Shown here piece after piece: positions 1 through 12,900 of a stretch of DNA of 64,000 nucleotides. The notes under the pieces are model-generated. The model searched no databases. It saw nothing but the letters and a program-made list of their open reading frames with translations, and was not told where the DNA came from. A program made the translations under genes and the position numbers. The DNA comes from Epiperipatus broadwayi (lineage: Eukaryota; Animalia; Onychophora): assembly GCA_028023455.1 (NCBI GenBank), contig JAQFVV010000006.1:11966001-12030000 (forward strand), in the 5' to 3' direction. How positions within the stretch are numbered: position 1 is the first letter of the stretch; the number at the start of each line of letters is the position of its first letter.

Positions 1-2070
1 GTCAGCTGCTTGCCTGGAACAGTTCTACACAGATGGAAGACCAACTATGGACCAACATTATACATGGGTTATACTTTTTCCTGATGATGCTGATCCCTAA
101 AACCAAACTTACCAGGGAACCCAAGCTTCCTGAAGAATCCACTATATATATGTTGATGTATCTAAAGGCAGAGAAGAACAGATAAAAATATATACAGCTG
201 TGGTGAGTAAAGTTATATATGATAATGAAATTTTAAATAATTTCTTTAGTAAAATTACATTTTGAAAGTGATGCATGAATTTGTACTTTTTATGTTTATG
301 TGGGTGTATAGTTAAATAGGGCTGTCTGGATGCTCCGAAGTATAGGATCGGCACTGTCTAGACCTAGATGTTGAGCTCCCAGAGTAGTCCAGCAGTGAAT
401 ATATATAGTCCTCATGAATAGACCTCATTTATACCCCTAAGTCTCACAGAAATGAGCAGGGTTGGCTCAATGCCTTTTTTATGATACTACTCTTTGAGGA
501 TGATCTGTCTAGGTACTTAGAAGGGGCAGTGCTTAAAAATGAGGTATTTTCTCATGATGTTGTGGAGCATTGGGTACTTGATAGTCCATGCTTGGCTATC
601 TACTTATCATGGCATGGGGAGTGCTGTTCATGTATTCACTTTTCCTACCTCACCTTGCCTACTTCATCAGCATTATTAACTCATTAAGCAGAAAGATGTC
701 TTAAAATTTATATTTTTTTTTATTCTATAAAACGATATTAGTTTAAAATCGTTTATTAAAGAAGAAAAAACTGTTTAAAGTTATATTTATAATTTAGAAG
801 AAAAAAAAAGTACAAACAAAGTTATAATTAATAGTCAAGAAAAAGATTTCCAAAAATCTTTTAGACTAGGAAAAAGAAAGACATTTTAAATCAATTAACT
901 GTCAAAAATTTGATAGTTCTTATTTTAAAGAAAAAGAGTATATTCAGCAAAGTTATTAAATTGCGAAAATAATCTTTCATAATTTTATTGTAGATAAATT
1001 AATGTTTTGCACGTCTGTGCAAATTATATATACGTGTTTCAGTAAACCTAGTATATAAAATATATTTCATTTAACTGAAACTTCAATCATTTATTGTATT
1101 TTATATAATTTAAGATTTTGATAATTATTTTGTAATAAGTCAAATATGTTTAGAAAATTCATGCACATGCACATATGTGTGCGTATATATGTTAATTGTA
1201 TTGTAAATAACAATGTGTGTCAGATAGACACTTATATGTAAATGTTTGATCATTTTTTAAAATTAAATGTAAATTCAAACATGTTTATTTTGTATCAAGC
1301 CACATGCCTGTGTGCTGAATGGGTTTTAAGTAAACCTAATTTATTAATCATGTAAATCAATGTAAAAATTTTAGTGTGTATATAATTATGTATACTTTTC
1401 AAAATCAGAATCCTATAAGACCTTAAATATCATTTATTTTATTGTTATTAATAAACTTATTTAATTGTTAAAAATTGTTTCCATCATCTCTTGGTCACAT
1501 ACATTAATAGAGCTTGTGTTCTCTGAGCTAGATTCATGCACGGGATGAATATATAAATGGAGATGTGTATTCAGTGCTTTTGGGGCATCCAGCGATGATC
1601 AATTATCATTCTGGTTGGTGCAAAAGAGAATACTCTTTAAAGCACATGCACTATTATCTTTTATTTTACTTTAGTCTTATTAAAAGTTAAGTTATAGTTG
1701 GCCAGTATATTAATGGTACTTAAGTTGCCAGAGCATTGATGATGATCAGCATGTTTTAATGTCCCAGCATTATTGTTTGATTCTTATGTATTCTAATGGA
1801 TGAGCACTTAGTTTATGCCTCCGAATTAATGGTTAAATAATTGCCTAAGCTGAAAAAGGCTCAATAGTTAGCCTGGTCTATAGCCTGGTCTACAGAAGAC
1901 CCATTTCCATTCCAGTCACAAGGTTGACTGTTGATTTATATTTTTTATTGTTCACTTCCAGCCATGAGATGGACTGTTGATTTATTGTACTGATTTATTT
2001 TATTACCATCAATGATGATGATGAATGATGATTTATTTTGATTATTACTTATACTTTATGATAATGCTTA

Positions 2071-2172
2071 GTCAAGCACTGTTAGCCGAGAGGTCATTGC
2101 AGCTGCCTTGCAAGCAAGTAGTTGGTTGCAGACAGTTGTGGGTTCACCTCCCAGCCGATGCTATGACATATG
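2071..2172 (+). mobile_element. tRNA-derived SINE, family A
   Basis: A-box-like TTAGCCGAGAGG, anticodon-arm-like CTGC-CTTGCAA-GCA and B-box-like GGGTTCACCTCCC. Homologous to 6681-6775, 25618-25717 and 33588-33682. Confidence 0.7.
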
Positions 2173-2539
2173 GGAAAAAAAAATGTTTCAGCATTCATTT
2201 TTCACGATCATAATAATTCATGTATTTATGGTTGTAACATTAATTACAATAATATTAAAATGTCGTAAATTGAAAAAATAACAAGAAAAGGAAAATATGC
2301 TAATATACAAATACAAACATGACTTAATTAACAGGCAGGCAACAAACATTAATTTCACAGAATTGTGGGAAGGTTAGCCATTTAAAGTGTTAGTTGACAA
2401 AGACTACGAGAATAGTTGAAAGTGCTCCTAAGTGAATAAAATTTTTAAAACATATCTGATTACTGTATTTATAAATATTCAATTATTTAATTATGCATAT
2501 ATATGTGTATGGTTAGGTATTAATTGTATATGTTTAAAT

Positions 2540-2590
2540 ATTGTAGCTCTGATGATGACTGCAGGGCAGTAGATATAATTAATCAATGCA
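2540..2590 (+). ncRNA. Degenerate hammerhead-like motif (family 3)
   Basis: CTGATGA-T-GACTG-CAGGG-CAGTA-GATA resembles the motif at 59852. GAAA is mutated to GATA. Confidence 0.35.
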
Positions 2591-2922
2591 AATAAGGAAG
2601 AAGTGGAAAGAAATTTTAATACTGCAATAAAAATTAAAAGATGGCAGATTAATGCAACATTTGTCTGAAAGTTTGTGCTGAGGGTATTTTAATTGTAATT
2701 ATGTATTAGACTATTTCCACTATCTAATATTAATTGTTAAAGGTTTTTAGGAAAAATTAAGCTTAAACTTTTCAAATACATTCAATTGCTAGTAAAATCA
2801 CACAGATTGGTATATAATGCAACATGTCAAGTGGTATTTATTTTCCTCTCTTCTTCTAGCAAGGGAATAAAACTTGGGGACTCTAGATTCGTTAATATTG
2901 AGTTTAAAGCAATGCTCTAACC

Positions 2923-3416
2923 CAGTGGTCTTCAACCTTTTCACACCTGCGGACCGGTAAAAATAAGGATAAGGTTTCGCAGACCGGCAGAAGTCTTTAG
3001 ATAAATTTTCTTAAAGATAAGCATAATGGTTATAACGGATCAAAACAACAATGTTAAATATATAAGATAAAGTTATATATATATATATGGAGTTTATATA
3101 ATAAAAAAACTTTTTTTTAATTTTTTTTAGAAAAGTAATAAAAAATTTAATCCCCCCCCCCCCCATAAACATCTGTGATAACTAGAAAAACAAATTAATT
3201 TATGAACGATTGATTAGATTTTGTTTTCGTTTTGTTTTCTTTTTTTTTTTTAATTGGGTAAAAATGAGATGAAAAAATAAATAAAAATTGGCTATATTAA
3301 TTAAAAGTTTAAACTATTATTATTTGTAATAACTTTACTGCCTGTCTAACATGCGAACCTGCAGAAAAGTTCCGTGGACCGGTGCTGGTCCGCGGACCAA
3401 GGGTTGAAGAACACTG
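2923..3416. mobile_element. Non-autonomous hAT (Charlie-like) MITE, 494 bp
   Basis: Terminal inverted repeats CAGTGGTCTTCAACC / GGTTGAAGAACACTG. Exact 8-bp TSD CTCTAACC at 2915-2922 and 3417-3424. Confidence 0.9.
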
Positions 3417-4695
3417 CTCTAACCAAATAGACTATTCTGTCAAAGACACCTGTTAGTAGAAATTTCATACCCTCAGGTGGGATGTAGCACCACATACTAT
3501 GGGGAAACCAAGGCCATTGTCCAAAATAGAGCTGCTCAGCGCATGTATACATATAGAAGAGCAAAAAAGAATAATGATAACTTCTCAATATTTTTCGAAC
3601 ATGAGAAGCAGGCCAGTCATGTGTTCAAACCCTGCAACCCCAAAATAGTGTGCTCTGAAGCCAATGATTGTAAAAGAAAGATCAAGGGGGCGTATTTTAT
3701 TATCAATGATAACAATGCGATCAATAGACGCGACACGTGCTTTGCTATTTCAAGAAAATGGACAAATTAGTTTACATACGCATTTGCATACATTATTATT
3801 TAGTAATATTACAGCAATGGTTTATAACCTATTTTGGCCATGAATATGAGGGAAAACTTCGAAAGTACCAGGCCTAGATTAATTTAATTTAATTGTTTTT
3901 GTTACTACTGATAGCTTCTTCTTCAGCGTGTTAAAGTGTTTATATATACTATATTTTTCTATGAACATCCACTTGTAGTATAAAGAACAGGGTTTAATAG
4001 TGTGGTTTCCAAACATTATAAATTATCCCAGTTAGACTAACAAGTAAACAACCCCATAAGTTAATAATGTGATAATCCATAATGTTTGGAAACCACTCAT
4101 TCATTTTACAATTTAAGAAAAAACGTGGAGAAATCAGGAGATTCCTCATAGATAAATAAGCACATGGAGTTTCTACTGACTGCTGCTTTTGACAAAATAA
4201 TCTAGATGGTTAGAGCATTGCCTTAAATTGAATATTCACAAATGCAAAGGTCATAGGTTCAAATCATTGGGGTTGATTACTTGACACCCTAATGTGGTAA
4301 TTCATAATGTTTGTAAATAACTCTGTTAACCTTGCCCTTTAAATAAAAAGTGAAAAAATCAAAACTAATCCTCGTAGATTAAGTATATGATCCCAGATTT
4401 AATTCCCTTATTAGTGTTGTCAATGATTAGGCCAAGAACAGTTGAAGAAGAGAGAATACTACTATTTAGAAACCTATTATATATTATCCTATGTGCTATT
4501 ACTAACAACTATATGTATTTAGAAATTTGAAATCAAATTCGAATTTTTCCAAAAACATTTAACAATTAATATGAGATGGTGGTAATTATTAATCCAACAT
4601 ATTAATGGACAATTTATGGTTGATGGATTATCTTTTTACCTTTTTTAAAAATCTTCAGAAAGGATGATTCATGCTCATTTATAAATTCTGCTTTT

Positions 4696-5324
4696 ATAGG
4701 AGGATTTGAACCCAGACTTTCAAGCTTTCCTCAGCTATTCAATCTATCTCATACAACCAATACATATGACCACAAGCGTGAAAAAGATAAATGATTTCCA
4801 ATTTATGTATTTCATGCTCAATCAGCACTTACCAGCCAGTCCAAATCATCATTTCCCATATATATAAAATCAATGCTTTGTTTATATTAATATAGCAAAT
4901 CTTCAAATTTTAATTGACAGGCTTCACTCTGAACCATCCTTCATCTCTTCAGCCATCCATATCATTGAAAATCTGATGATGGTACACCCAAATCCCTTGA
5001 TGATGCCAATATTATTGTCTTGCCCATATTGACTTTGAGTCACGCATGTCCATTGAAGGTTGAAGAATTGCTATCTTTATAAAACTGATCACTGATTATA
5101 TATATGTGTGGGAGATAATGATCTGGACCAATTGATGAGAGCTGGTTCAGCATGAAATACATATATTGGAAATAATTTACCTTTTTCACGTGTGTATGGA
5201 TGGTCATGTGTATCAGTTGTATGAGATATATTGGATAGATAAGAATAGCTTGAAATTCTAAGTTTAAATCCCCTATAATTACATCTTAACTCCTGGGATA
5301 TAAAGCATATCTGTATTTAAAGAT
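4696..5324. mobile_element. HHR family 2 element, two inverted arms, both ribozymes decayed
   Basis: Antisense arm about 4696-5070 and sense arm about 5080-5324 match 26265-26579 and 54640-55020. Probable 16-bp TSD tataaattctgctttt (4680) / tataaatgccgctttt (5325), with 2 mismatches. Confidence 0.65.
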
Positions 5325-6680
5325 TATAAATGCCGCTTTTGTTGATTACGAATTTTATAGTAATAAAATAATATAAAAAATAAAGCAGCCATTTTAATAA
5401 ATAGCCATTGCAGGGCAAAGACCTTTCAAACAATCTGTCATAGAGAATCATCAATGAAGAAGAAGACGGTATTCACAAAACTTGCCAATTGCCGGGTAGA
5501 AAAGATTTGACTGATTTTTGAATTTTATTTACTCTCTGTTTAAGGATAGCTAGACACCCATTTATTAACCTGTAATGGATTTTTTTTTAGATCAGTTGTG
5601 AGTCAAATACTGGATAAAACAATTATTAACTTTTTGAATATAATTTGGATTTGAACACCAGATTGTAAGGGTGGCCGGAGGACTCGCTACCTCTGCAGTA
5701 CGAGACCCTTCAAATTATAATAATAAACAATGCTAATTTAATTAACATGTTAATATATACTATTAAACACAATACTTTAATAAATACAATACATATTTTC
5801 AGATCTAATTTTAGATATGTTTAATATAAACAAAATAATATAATATGGTCAGACATTTGTTATATATTTCCCTTCAATATATAGAAATTCAAGAGAAAAA
5901 TATTGCAAAAGTCAAGTTAAAATCGGTATTTCCAAGAAAACAAATCTCTATTGATTTATATTAATAAAAAAACGTAAAAGGAAATAACTTTTAATAGCAG
6001 ATGGATATTAAATGTTTATATGAACGACTAAATGCGCACTCAGTAATATCCCCCGCTACGTGAACCGGTCAATGCAGTTCCTTATTGATAGAATGACGTT
6101 TATAATAACAGGATGATATTAATGAGTTCCGATTACATCTCAGGAAGAAATAAGAAACTGAAACCTCTTTACAGTAATTAGAGAGATGGAAAACTATCTT
6201 AAGACTAAAATAAGGTCAAGATTATTTTAGTATTAAGATATTAAAAATATATTAATTAACGAATATAATAACAGAAAAGAAAAATCTTTTGTTAGCATTG
6301 AACTATAATTGATAAGAGGCCAAAAAGGTGATAAATGAAAATAAAAACAAACACTGTAAAAAAGACCTTTTATCTCCGTAAATGGCCTTCGTAATTTAAC
6401 GTTAACACACTTTCTAACAAGTCTTCGATCTGATTCGAATTCAGGTTGAGTAAACTTAATAATTTTTTCGACTGATTTAGATTTTTTTTTTTCAGGTAGC
6501 CAGTCAAACCAACTTAGTTAAGTACCGAATGTTGGTCAGTAAATGAGTATCGAACTAGTTTTAGCCCAAGAGTAAAAAAGGATAGACAAACTCAAATTTA
6601 CAATTGGCATCTTTACGAATACTATATTTTTGTTTCTATGAGTGGATTAGCCATTTAAGTGCTACAAACATTTTTTCCCC

Positions 6681-6775
6681 ACGTGTCATAGCCATCGGCC
6701 GGGAAGCGAACCCGCTAACCCGGAACAACTGCTTGTAAGGCAGCTGTGCTGACCTCTCGACCACCAACGCTTGAC
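6681..6775 (-). mobile_element. tRNA-derived SINE, family A (tRNA-Val-like arm), with TSD
   Basis: Minus strand has TGGTCGAGAGG (A box), CTGC-CTTACAA-GCAG and GGGTTCGCTTCCC (B box). 17-bp TSD aagtgctacaaacattt at 6657-6673 and 6777-6793. Confidence 0.8.
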
Positions 6776-7254
6776 AAAGTGCTACAAACATTTAAACTTT
6801 TATCATCACATAAATTTCTTTATTTGTTTTCACCATCTATAGCGTCATCTATTTGTAAACTTGAATAAATAACGTGAATTAATGCACTTAACTCATCCCC
6901 ATAGGTTATTTGACATATTCAATTTTTGTTAGGGCCGATCTTCTTTATAAAAAGGCCCAAGTATAAATCAGAGGCCCCCAAAATTTTTCAATTAAAAATA
7001 TTTAGATAGGAATCCCAATATCAGACAAATAATTTATAATTTTTTTATCTGTAAAATTATTCAGACATATTTTAAATATTTTTATTATATTTCCATAACG
7101 TTTTAAAAACGTGACTATTTTTATTGTTATTTGATAGATAACAGAAAGACATTTTCCCCACAATTTATTTTTATATTTAACATTATTCAATCTTAACATA
7201 TTATATAACCTTGCATGGTTTAGTACAGTGAGACTTTGGAGCTTAGGATCATCA

Positions 7255-7920
7255 GCTCAACTCCAGCCCTTAGGTTAACTCCAACCCTCAGAGCAGTCCT
7301 CACATCAACTCCAGTCTTCAAATCAACTCCAGTCCTCAGATCATTTCCAATCTTCAAATAAATTCCAGTCTTCAGATTAACTCCAGTCCTCAGATCAACT
7401 CCAGTCCTCAGATCAAGTCCAGTCCTCACATCAACTACAGTCTTCAGATCAACTCTAGTCCTCAGATCACTTCCAATCCTCAGATAAATTCCAGTCCTCA
7501 GATTAACTCCAGTCCTCAGATCAAGTCCAGTTCTCACATCAACACCAGTCTTCAGATCAACTCTAGTCCTCAGATCACTTCCAATCCTCAGATAAATTCC
7601 AGTCCTCAGATTAACTCCAGTCCTCAGATCAACTCCAGTCCTCAGATCAAGTCCAGTCCTCCATCAACTCCAGTCTTCAGATCAACTCTGATCCAGATCA
7701 TTGCCAATCCTCAGATAAATTCCAGTCCTCAGATCAATTCCAATCCTCAGATCAACTCCAGTCCTCAGATCAATTCATCACCAGATCAATTCCAGTCCTC
7801 AGATCAACTACTATTCTGACATCAACTCCAGTTCTCAGATCAACTCCAGTCCTCAGATCAACTACTATTCTCACATCAACTGCAGTTCTCAGATCAACTT
7901 CAGTCCTCAGATCAATTCCA
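7255..7920 (+). repeat. 18-bp minisatellite (GTCCTCAGATCAACTCCA)n with 6-7-unit higher-order period, inside a SINE
   Basis: About 37 units. The variant unit gatca(t/c)ttccaatc recurs at 7339, 7465, 7573 and 7696. Flanks 7205-7255 and 7920-7975 resemble SINE family C. Confidence 0.9.
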
Positions 7921-9247
7921 GTTCAGGAACATTCAGAATTGAGCCTTCTTATGAACTCTTAAGCAATAAAACCATAATTGACTTATACATTGTAGAGCCT
8001 TGATAATTTCTAATATGGTAAAATTTTATAAAAGAATGTTCAACATTTTTTAAAAGTATCACAGCAATATGAAAGAAAAATTGTTATTTCTATTAATGCA
8101 TTTGGAAAAAGTTCATTATTAATGTAATGTAATATCTTCAGAACATAGTTTACATCTTAATAATTTTTATTTGTCATTCATTAGACTAGAAATTAACTAC
8201 TTAATGAATAATAATATACTTTGGAAATATTATAATTTACATCTTTTTCCCTCACCATTCCTTTTTACAATAATGTATTTTGAATAAGATTTTCCTTTAC
8301 ATTGTTTTACAAAAAAATTACAAAATCTCTAATAATTTTTCTAATTCTTTGTTTGCTAATATTTTTACATGTCTAATTAATTTAAGATAATTTTATGTAT
8401 GCTTTTGAATATTTTTTAATTTGCATATTAACATACCCATTAAGTGAAATTAAACTCTTTAGTCAGAAAAACTGTGCAATCTTCATTTAAGATCAATTTG
8501 TATGGCTATTTTCAGTGACATTTTACTCTTTTTTAAAAAAAACAAAATCACATATTATTGAATGTGGATTTTTTAATTTTAAAAAATTTGAAGAGTTCAA
8601 TATTTTCAAATAGACTGTAAAGTCAAGATATTTTAATTTAGTCTTCATGTATATGATAAATTTAGTTCCTTGCAATCAGTTTCTATACTGTGTTAGATTC
8701 CTTTAAGAAAATTTTTGGAATAACAAAAACCTTGATTTCTTTTTTACAAAGTTTATTAAAGATTCATAGTTATTTTTATACAATAATTATATAATAATTA
8801 TTAAAAAACAAAAGTACACATGATTATACTTTTATTTTATACTTATATGTTTTACTTTCATTTTATACACACACACACACATATATATATATATTACTTT
8901 TCTAAATAGAATAACACTAGTAAAGAAAAATACTCTAATATGAGGATTATGCTTTGTGAAATTGATCATTAACTTTATTACAGATATGGTGGTAGGATCT
9001 TTTGAGATATTCTAAAAGTTATAAATGATTTTTAATATTTTAAAGCAGAATTTTATATATTTATCAGTTATTTACATTTATTTGTTTACATTTTATAGAT
9101 AAAATTCAATCAGGGAAGGTTTCTCTAGTCGCTCGCTTGACTGTTTTCTTGACCATTGTTAAATATGAGACAATGTCATTATTCACATTATGCACTCTGT
9201 TTATTATTATTTTTTCAATATATCCAAAGTTCAAGTATATTTTTTTA

Positions 9248-9715
9248 GAACAGGCAAAACTCACTATATATATATTGACATACACAGCGATCTAGAGTAA
9301 TCAATGGATGCCAGAAGGCTTGTGCATAAAATCCCCATCTAGTGCCTACTCATCCAATATCCCTAGACTAGTTTCTGGCTTATGGCCTTCATCAGTGAGG
9401 AGTCTTGGATCTGAGAGCACTGCACCTAGATCTTAGGATCTAATGCAACCCTCCAGCAACCACCTTTTATCTCCATTTAACTACAAAATTATGAGTCTTA
9501 AACTGAAAACACCTTAATGTTTTCAATCTAAGCCCATTAGCTTATATAGTCAAATGGGTCTGAACCCAGTTCAGTACCCATACACTTTGGTGTCTTTGGT
9601 TTTTTGGTATCCATTGATTACTCTAGCTTGCTGTATGTGGCAATATATATAGTGAGTTTTGCCTGTTTTAACAACAGTTATACACAAGCATAAGAGGTGG
9701 TGGTCATGTGATGTT
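9248..9715. mobile_element. HHR family 1 (retrozyme-like) insertion, two inverted arms
   Basis: Antisense arm about 9248-9605 carries an HHR on the minus strand at about 9360-9401. Sense arm about 9606-9715 ends at gtcatgtgatg. 12-bp TSD tatattttttta at 9236-9247 and 9716-9727. Confidence 0.85.
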
Positions 9716-10879
9716 TATATTTTTTTAAAATGTTTTTTTGTTTGTAAATGTATATTTCTAATCAACTCTGATTTATTGAATTCTAATATATAATAATGGT
9801 TTGATGTTAAAAACAAATGTTAAATGATTACAAAGTGTGCCCAGAGAGAACAATTAGATGCCAAACTGCAAGAGGATTAAAGACAGCAGTTTGAATATTT
9901 CAGATTGTTTTCGACAAAGTCTGATTAGGATCAAGGTAAGAATATTTATTACACTTTGCATAAGATGAAGTTAAGAGTTCCTGTGGAAGAATTTAGGGCA
10001 ATTTTTTAATATTTTAATTGACAATATTATTATTGCTATCACATTTTATCTATTCACATAACTTGGAATAAAAAGAATAAATTTATGAATTTTTATCCTA
10101 CTATAATATCAACTATTATAATTTTGTGCAACTAATACTCACTAGATGGCAGTGCTATATTTAACTCCCTAAAGTACCGCATATTATTCTTTTTCAGTGA
10201 GGAATACATCTCCAATAGCATTTTTTAATACTATCCAAAATGATACCCGAGGCCACAAAAGTACCCTAAAAGTTTAAACCCAAACTAATTTACTTATATT
10301 GCTATATAGATCTGACATAGGAATGCCTATATAGTGTAGTGATTTCAATTTCATACAAATCATAGCAAACTTTGATCCTATGTCAAAGATGGTATATACT
10401 TAAATTACAAATCATATGACTTATTTTGACATTTACAGTAGAATAGAAATTCATTCTTATTATAATAGTCAAGAGACACCTGTTATAAATGCAATCATTA
10501 TTTTTTTTGCCAAGACTCAGGTTGTGCTATAAAGGAAAGGTTATGCTGCAGGTGCATGGTTCCATGCTGCATTGGCATGACTAATATTTTGATACATTCT
10601 CTCAAGAATTGATAGACTTTGTCAAAACCAAAGAAAGAAAAAATTAAAATATTAATGAACAAAAAATATTGACCAGTTAAGCTTGTGCAAAACTATACTA
10701 TGCTTTAATGACATTTCTATAAATTTTAATTTTTTTTGCATTTGTTTTTAATAAATATTACTATGTTCATAGCATATAATTTTGATGCCTGGGGAGAAAA
10801 AGAGACTGAACTATGTTATAATGTTAAATCTATCAAACATCACATGACATCTGCTGACATGCTACATAGTGTAAGCTTT

Positions 10880-11030
10880 AATAATCAATGGATGCCAGAT
10901 GGTTATGCCTAATAAATTATTATCCACAGCTATCCAATATCCCCAGAATAGTTTCTAGCATAAAGCTTTCAACAGCAAGGAATTTTGGACTTTGGAGCAG
11001 TGCACTGGAATCTTTTGGATACATAGCTAC
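10880..11030 (-). mobile_element. Degenerate HHR family 1 fragment
   Basis: aatcaatggatgccaga...atccaatatccccagaatagtttctagc matches the family consensus. The core is decayed. Confidence 0.6.
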
Positions 11031-11224
11031 TGAAGTAGTTTCAAATCTATATAATTATAATCGAATTTGATTGAAAAGATGAACATGTTTTTCTACTGAG
11101 AATAATAACTTGATAGAAAAACAAAGAGGTTAAAGATCAAAAGTTGAGTAAAATGCATTAGAATCAAAAGATTCAGATACATTGTTCTAAGATCCAAAGC
11201 TCTTCACCAATAAAAATCATAAAC

Positions 11225-11800
11225 ACAAAGGATGGACTCTCCACCCAGTAGTGCTACTCAGTGCAAGCCAATTTAGCCTTTGTGTGAAAAGTTTGTGTAA
11301 GCATAAAGAATGGTGATCATATGATGCTTGTTGGTTTAATGTCAATCCTGCTCAATAGGATTATGGTAATTGTGGTTATTAAAGAACCAAAGACACCAAA
11401 AAGTATGGGTGTTGAACTGAGTTGATCTCTATGATTATATAAGCTAATAAGCTTGAAGTGAAACCATTATTGTGTTAATAAGGTAAAAGGTGGCTGTTGG
11501 AAAATTTCATTAGATCCTAAGATCTAGGTGTTATTGCTATCAGATTCAAGATTCCTACGATCTAGGTGAATTGCTCTCACATCCAAGGTTCCTCACTGAT
11601 GAAAGCCACAAGATAGAAACTGGTTTGAGGATATTGGATGAGTTGGCACTAGATAGGGATTTTATGCTCAAACCTAACCTTCCTGTATCTATTGATTACT
11701 TTAGCTTGCACTGAGTGGTGCTACTGTATGGAGAGTTTAGCCTTGGTATAGCAGCTTGTGTAAGCATAAAGAATGGTTATCATGTGATGTTTGGTGGTTT
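11225..11800. mobile_element. HHR family 1B insertion nested in an older HHR copy
   Basis: 16-bp TSD aataaaaatcataaac at 11209-11224 and 11801-11816. HHR on + at 11590-11631: TCCTCA-CTGATGA-AAGCCACAAGATA-GAAAC-TG-GTT-TGAGGA. Confidence 0.85.
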
Positions 11801-12379
11801 AATAAAAATCATAAACTAGTCTGTGGATATTAGATAGGGCAGTACTAGTTGAAGATTTATTAACCACTTCCATCTCATATTTATTGATTAATAAAAATTA
11901 CACTAGGTGGCGTAAATGTAGTGAGAAAAAATAAAAAGTTTAGATGTTCTGAACTAAGATTGAATGTAGAGATGTGCAGTCCAGAATAATTATTTAAAAT
12001 TCTTATGTCATTTATATACTTTAATTTTTGAGATTCTTTTAATTCGCAAATTTTTAATACTATTTTCATTAATATATACTATAAACAATTTATTAGAATA
12101 ATGCAATATTTGTATTCTTTATTTTCTGATTTTATGAGTATGGAGAAATTATGTGAAAATATACAAACACAACACTTAAACTATTATGTGGTACTTGATT
12201 TAATTATAACTGTCTATAAATAATATCAATGAATTTGCAACACTCTAGAAGAATTTATTGATGTGAGTTGTAGGTCACTGTTCAGTTAAGTGTACAAATA
12301 CTTAACCTACCTTCAATGCAAAATGGAATCATCCACAACTTCTACTAGTTTGCAGGCTTCAAGTATACTAAGAAACTAA

Positions 12380-12900
12380 TTTAGCAGAATCTTGGCCTCT
12401 CCAATAAAAATTAAGAAATGGAACTACCACCAAAGAAAGTGATCTAATTACAAGACAGAATGGGAATTAGTTGTCCTACTAGAATTTGTACCTAACCAAT
12501 ATAGGCTATGGATTCAGGACAATAGCCATCCATGTGTTCAGATTGTACTGTGAATCATGCTATCTCACTAGCTTGATGAATGCTCAATGTATGATTTGTT
12601 TCAATTGATATCGCTGTATATGCGTTTGATTACCCATGTTGGCATAGAAACAATTATTTTGGAATAGTAGTCTTATAAATATGTGGATATCAGACTGCCA
12701 TGTAAAAGTGGATTCTATATATATTCTTTGTAATTGGTTTGTTTATTGATTGCTTTGTTCCTAATTGGATAATGGGATTGGTTAAAGAGGTTTTTCCTTT
12801 CAATTTATCTTTTCCAGCTTTATAGTTGACCAAAGATCCATTTGTTGAACTCAATCATTACACTTTTATTTTCTAGTTCACTGAAATTAGACTTAGAAAA
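12380..12900 (+). mobile_element. Possible 3' remnant of an I/Nimb-like LINE
   Basis: Broken reading QYRLWIQDNSHPCVQIVL*IMLSH*LDECSMYD resembles a C-terminal CCHC knuckle. Heavily decayed. Confidence 0.25.

Larger units (their letters stand above)
1540..2660 (+). mobile_element. Decayed Penelope-like element 3' region (GIY-YIG remnant plus pLTR-like end), interrupted by a SINE
   Basis: 1551-1566 (atataaatggagatgt, YKWRC) and 2275-2460 match the GIY-YIG remnant at 62331-62800. An HHR-like motif follows at 2549. No intact ORF. Confidence 0.45.

Noticed and set aside
1-700. GC-richer start with CTGATGA/CTGAAGA heptamers and weak inverted similarity
   Set aside because: No GAAA partner or stems, so no ribozyme or element can be supported.
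2071-2172. Functional tRNA genes (also 6681, 25618, 33588)
   Set aside because: No proper acceptor stem, divergent copies, and a TSD at 6657/6777 indicate SINEs.
9858-9935. Possible exon MPNCKRIKDSSLNISDCFRQSLIRIK followed by a GTAAGA donor
   Set aside because: Only 26 codons, no recognisable homology and no supported partner exons.
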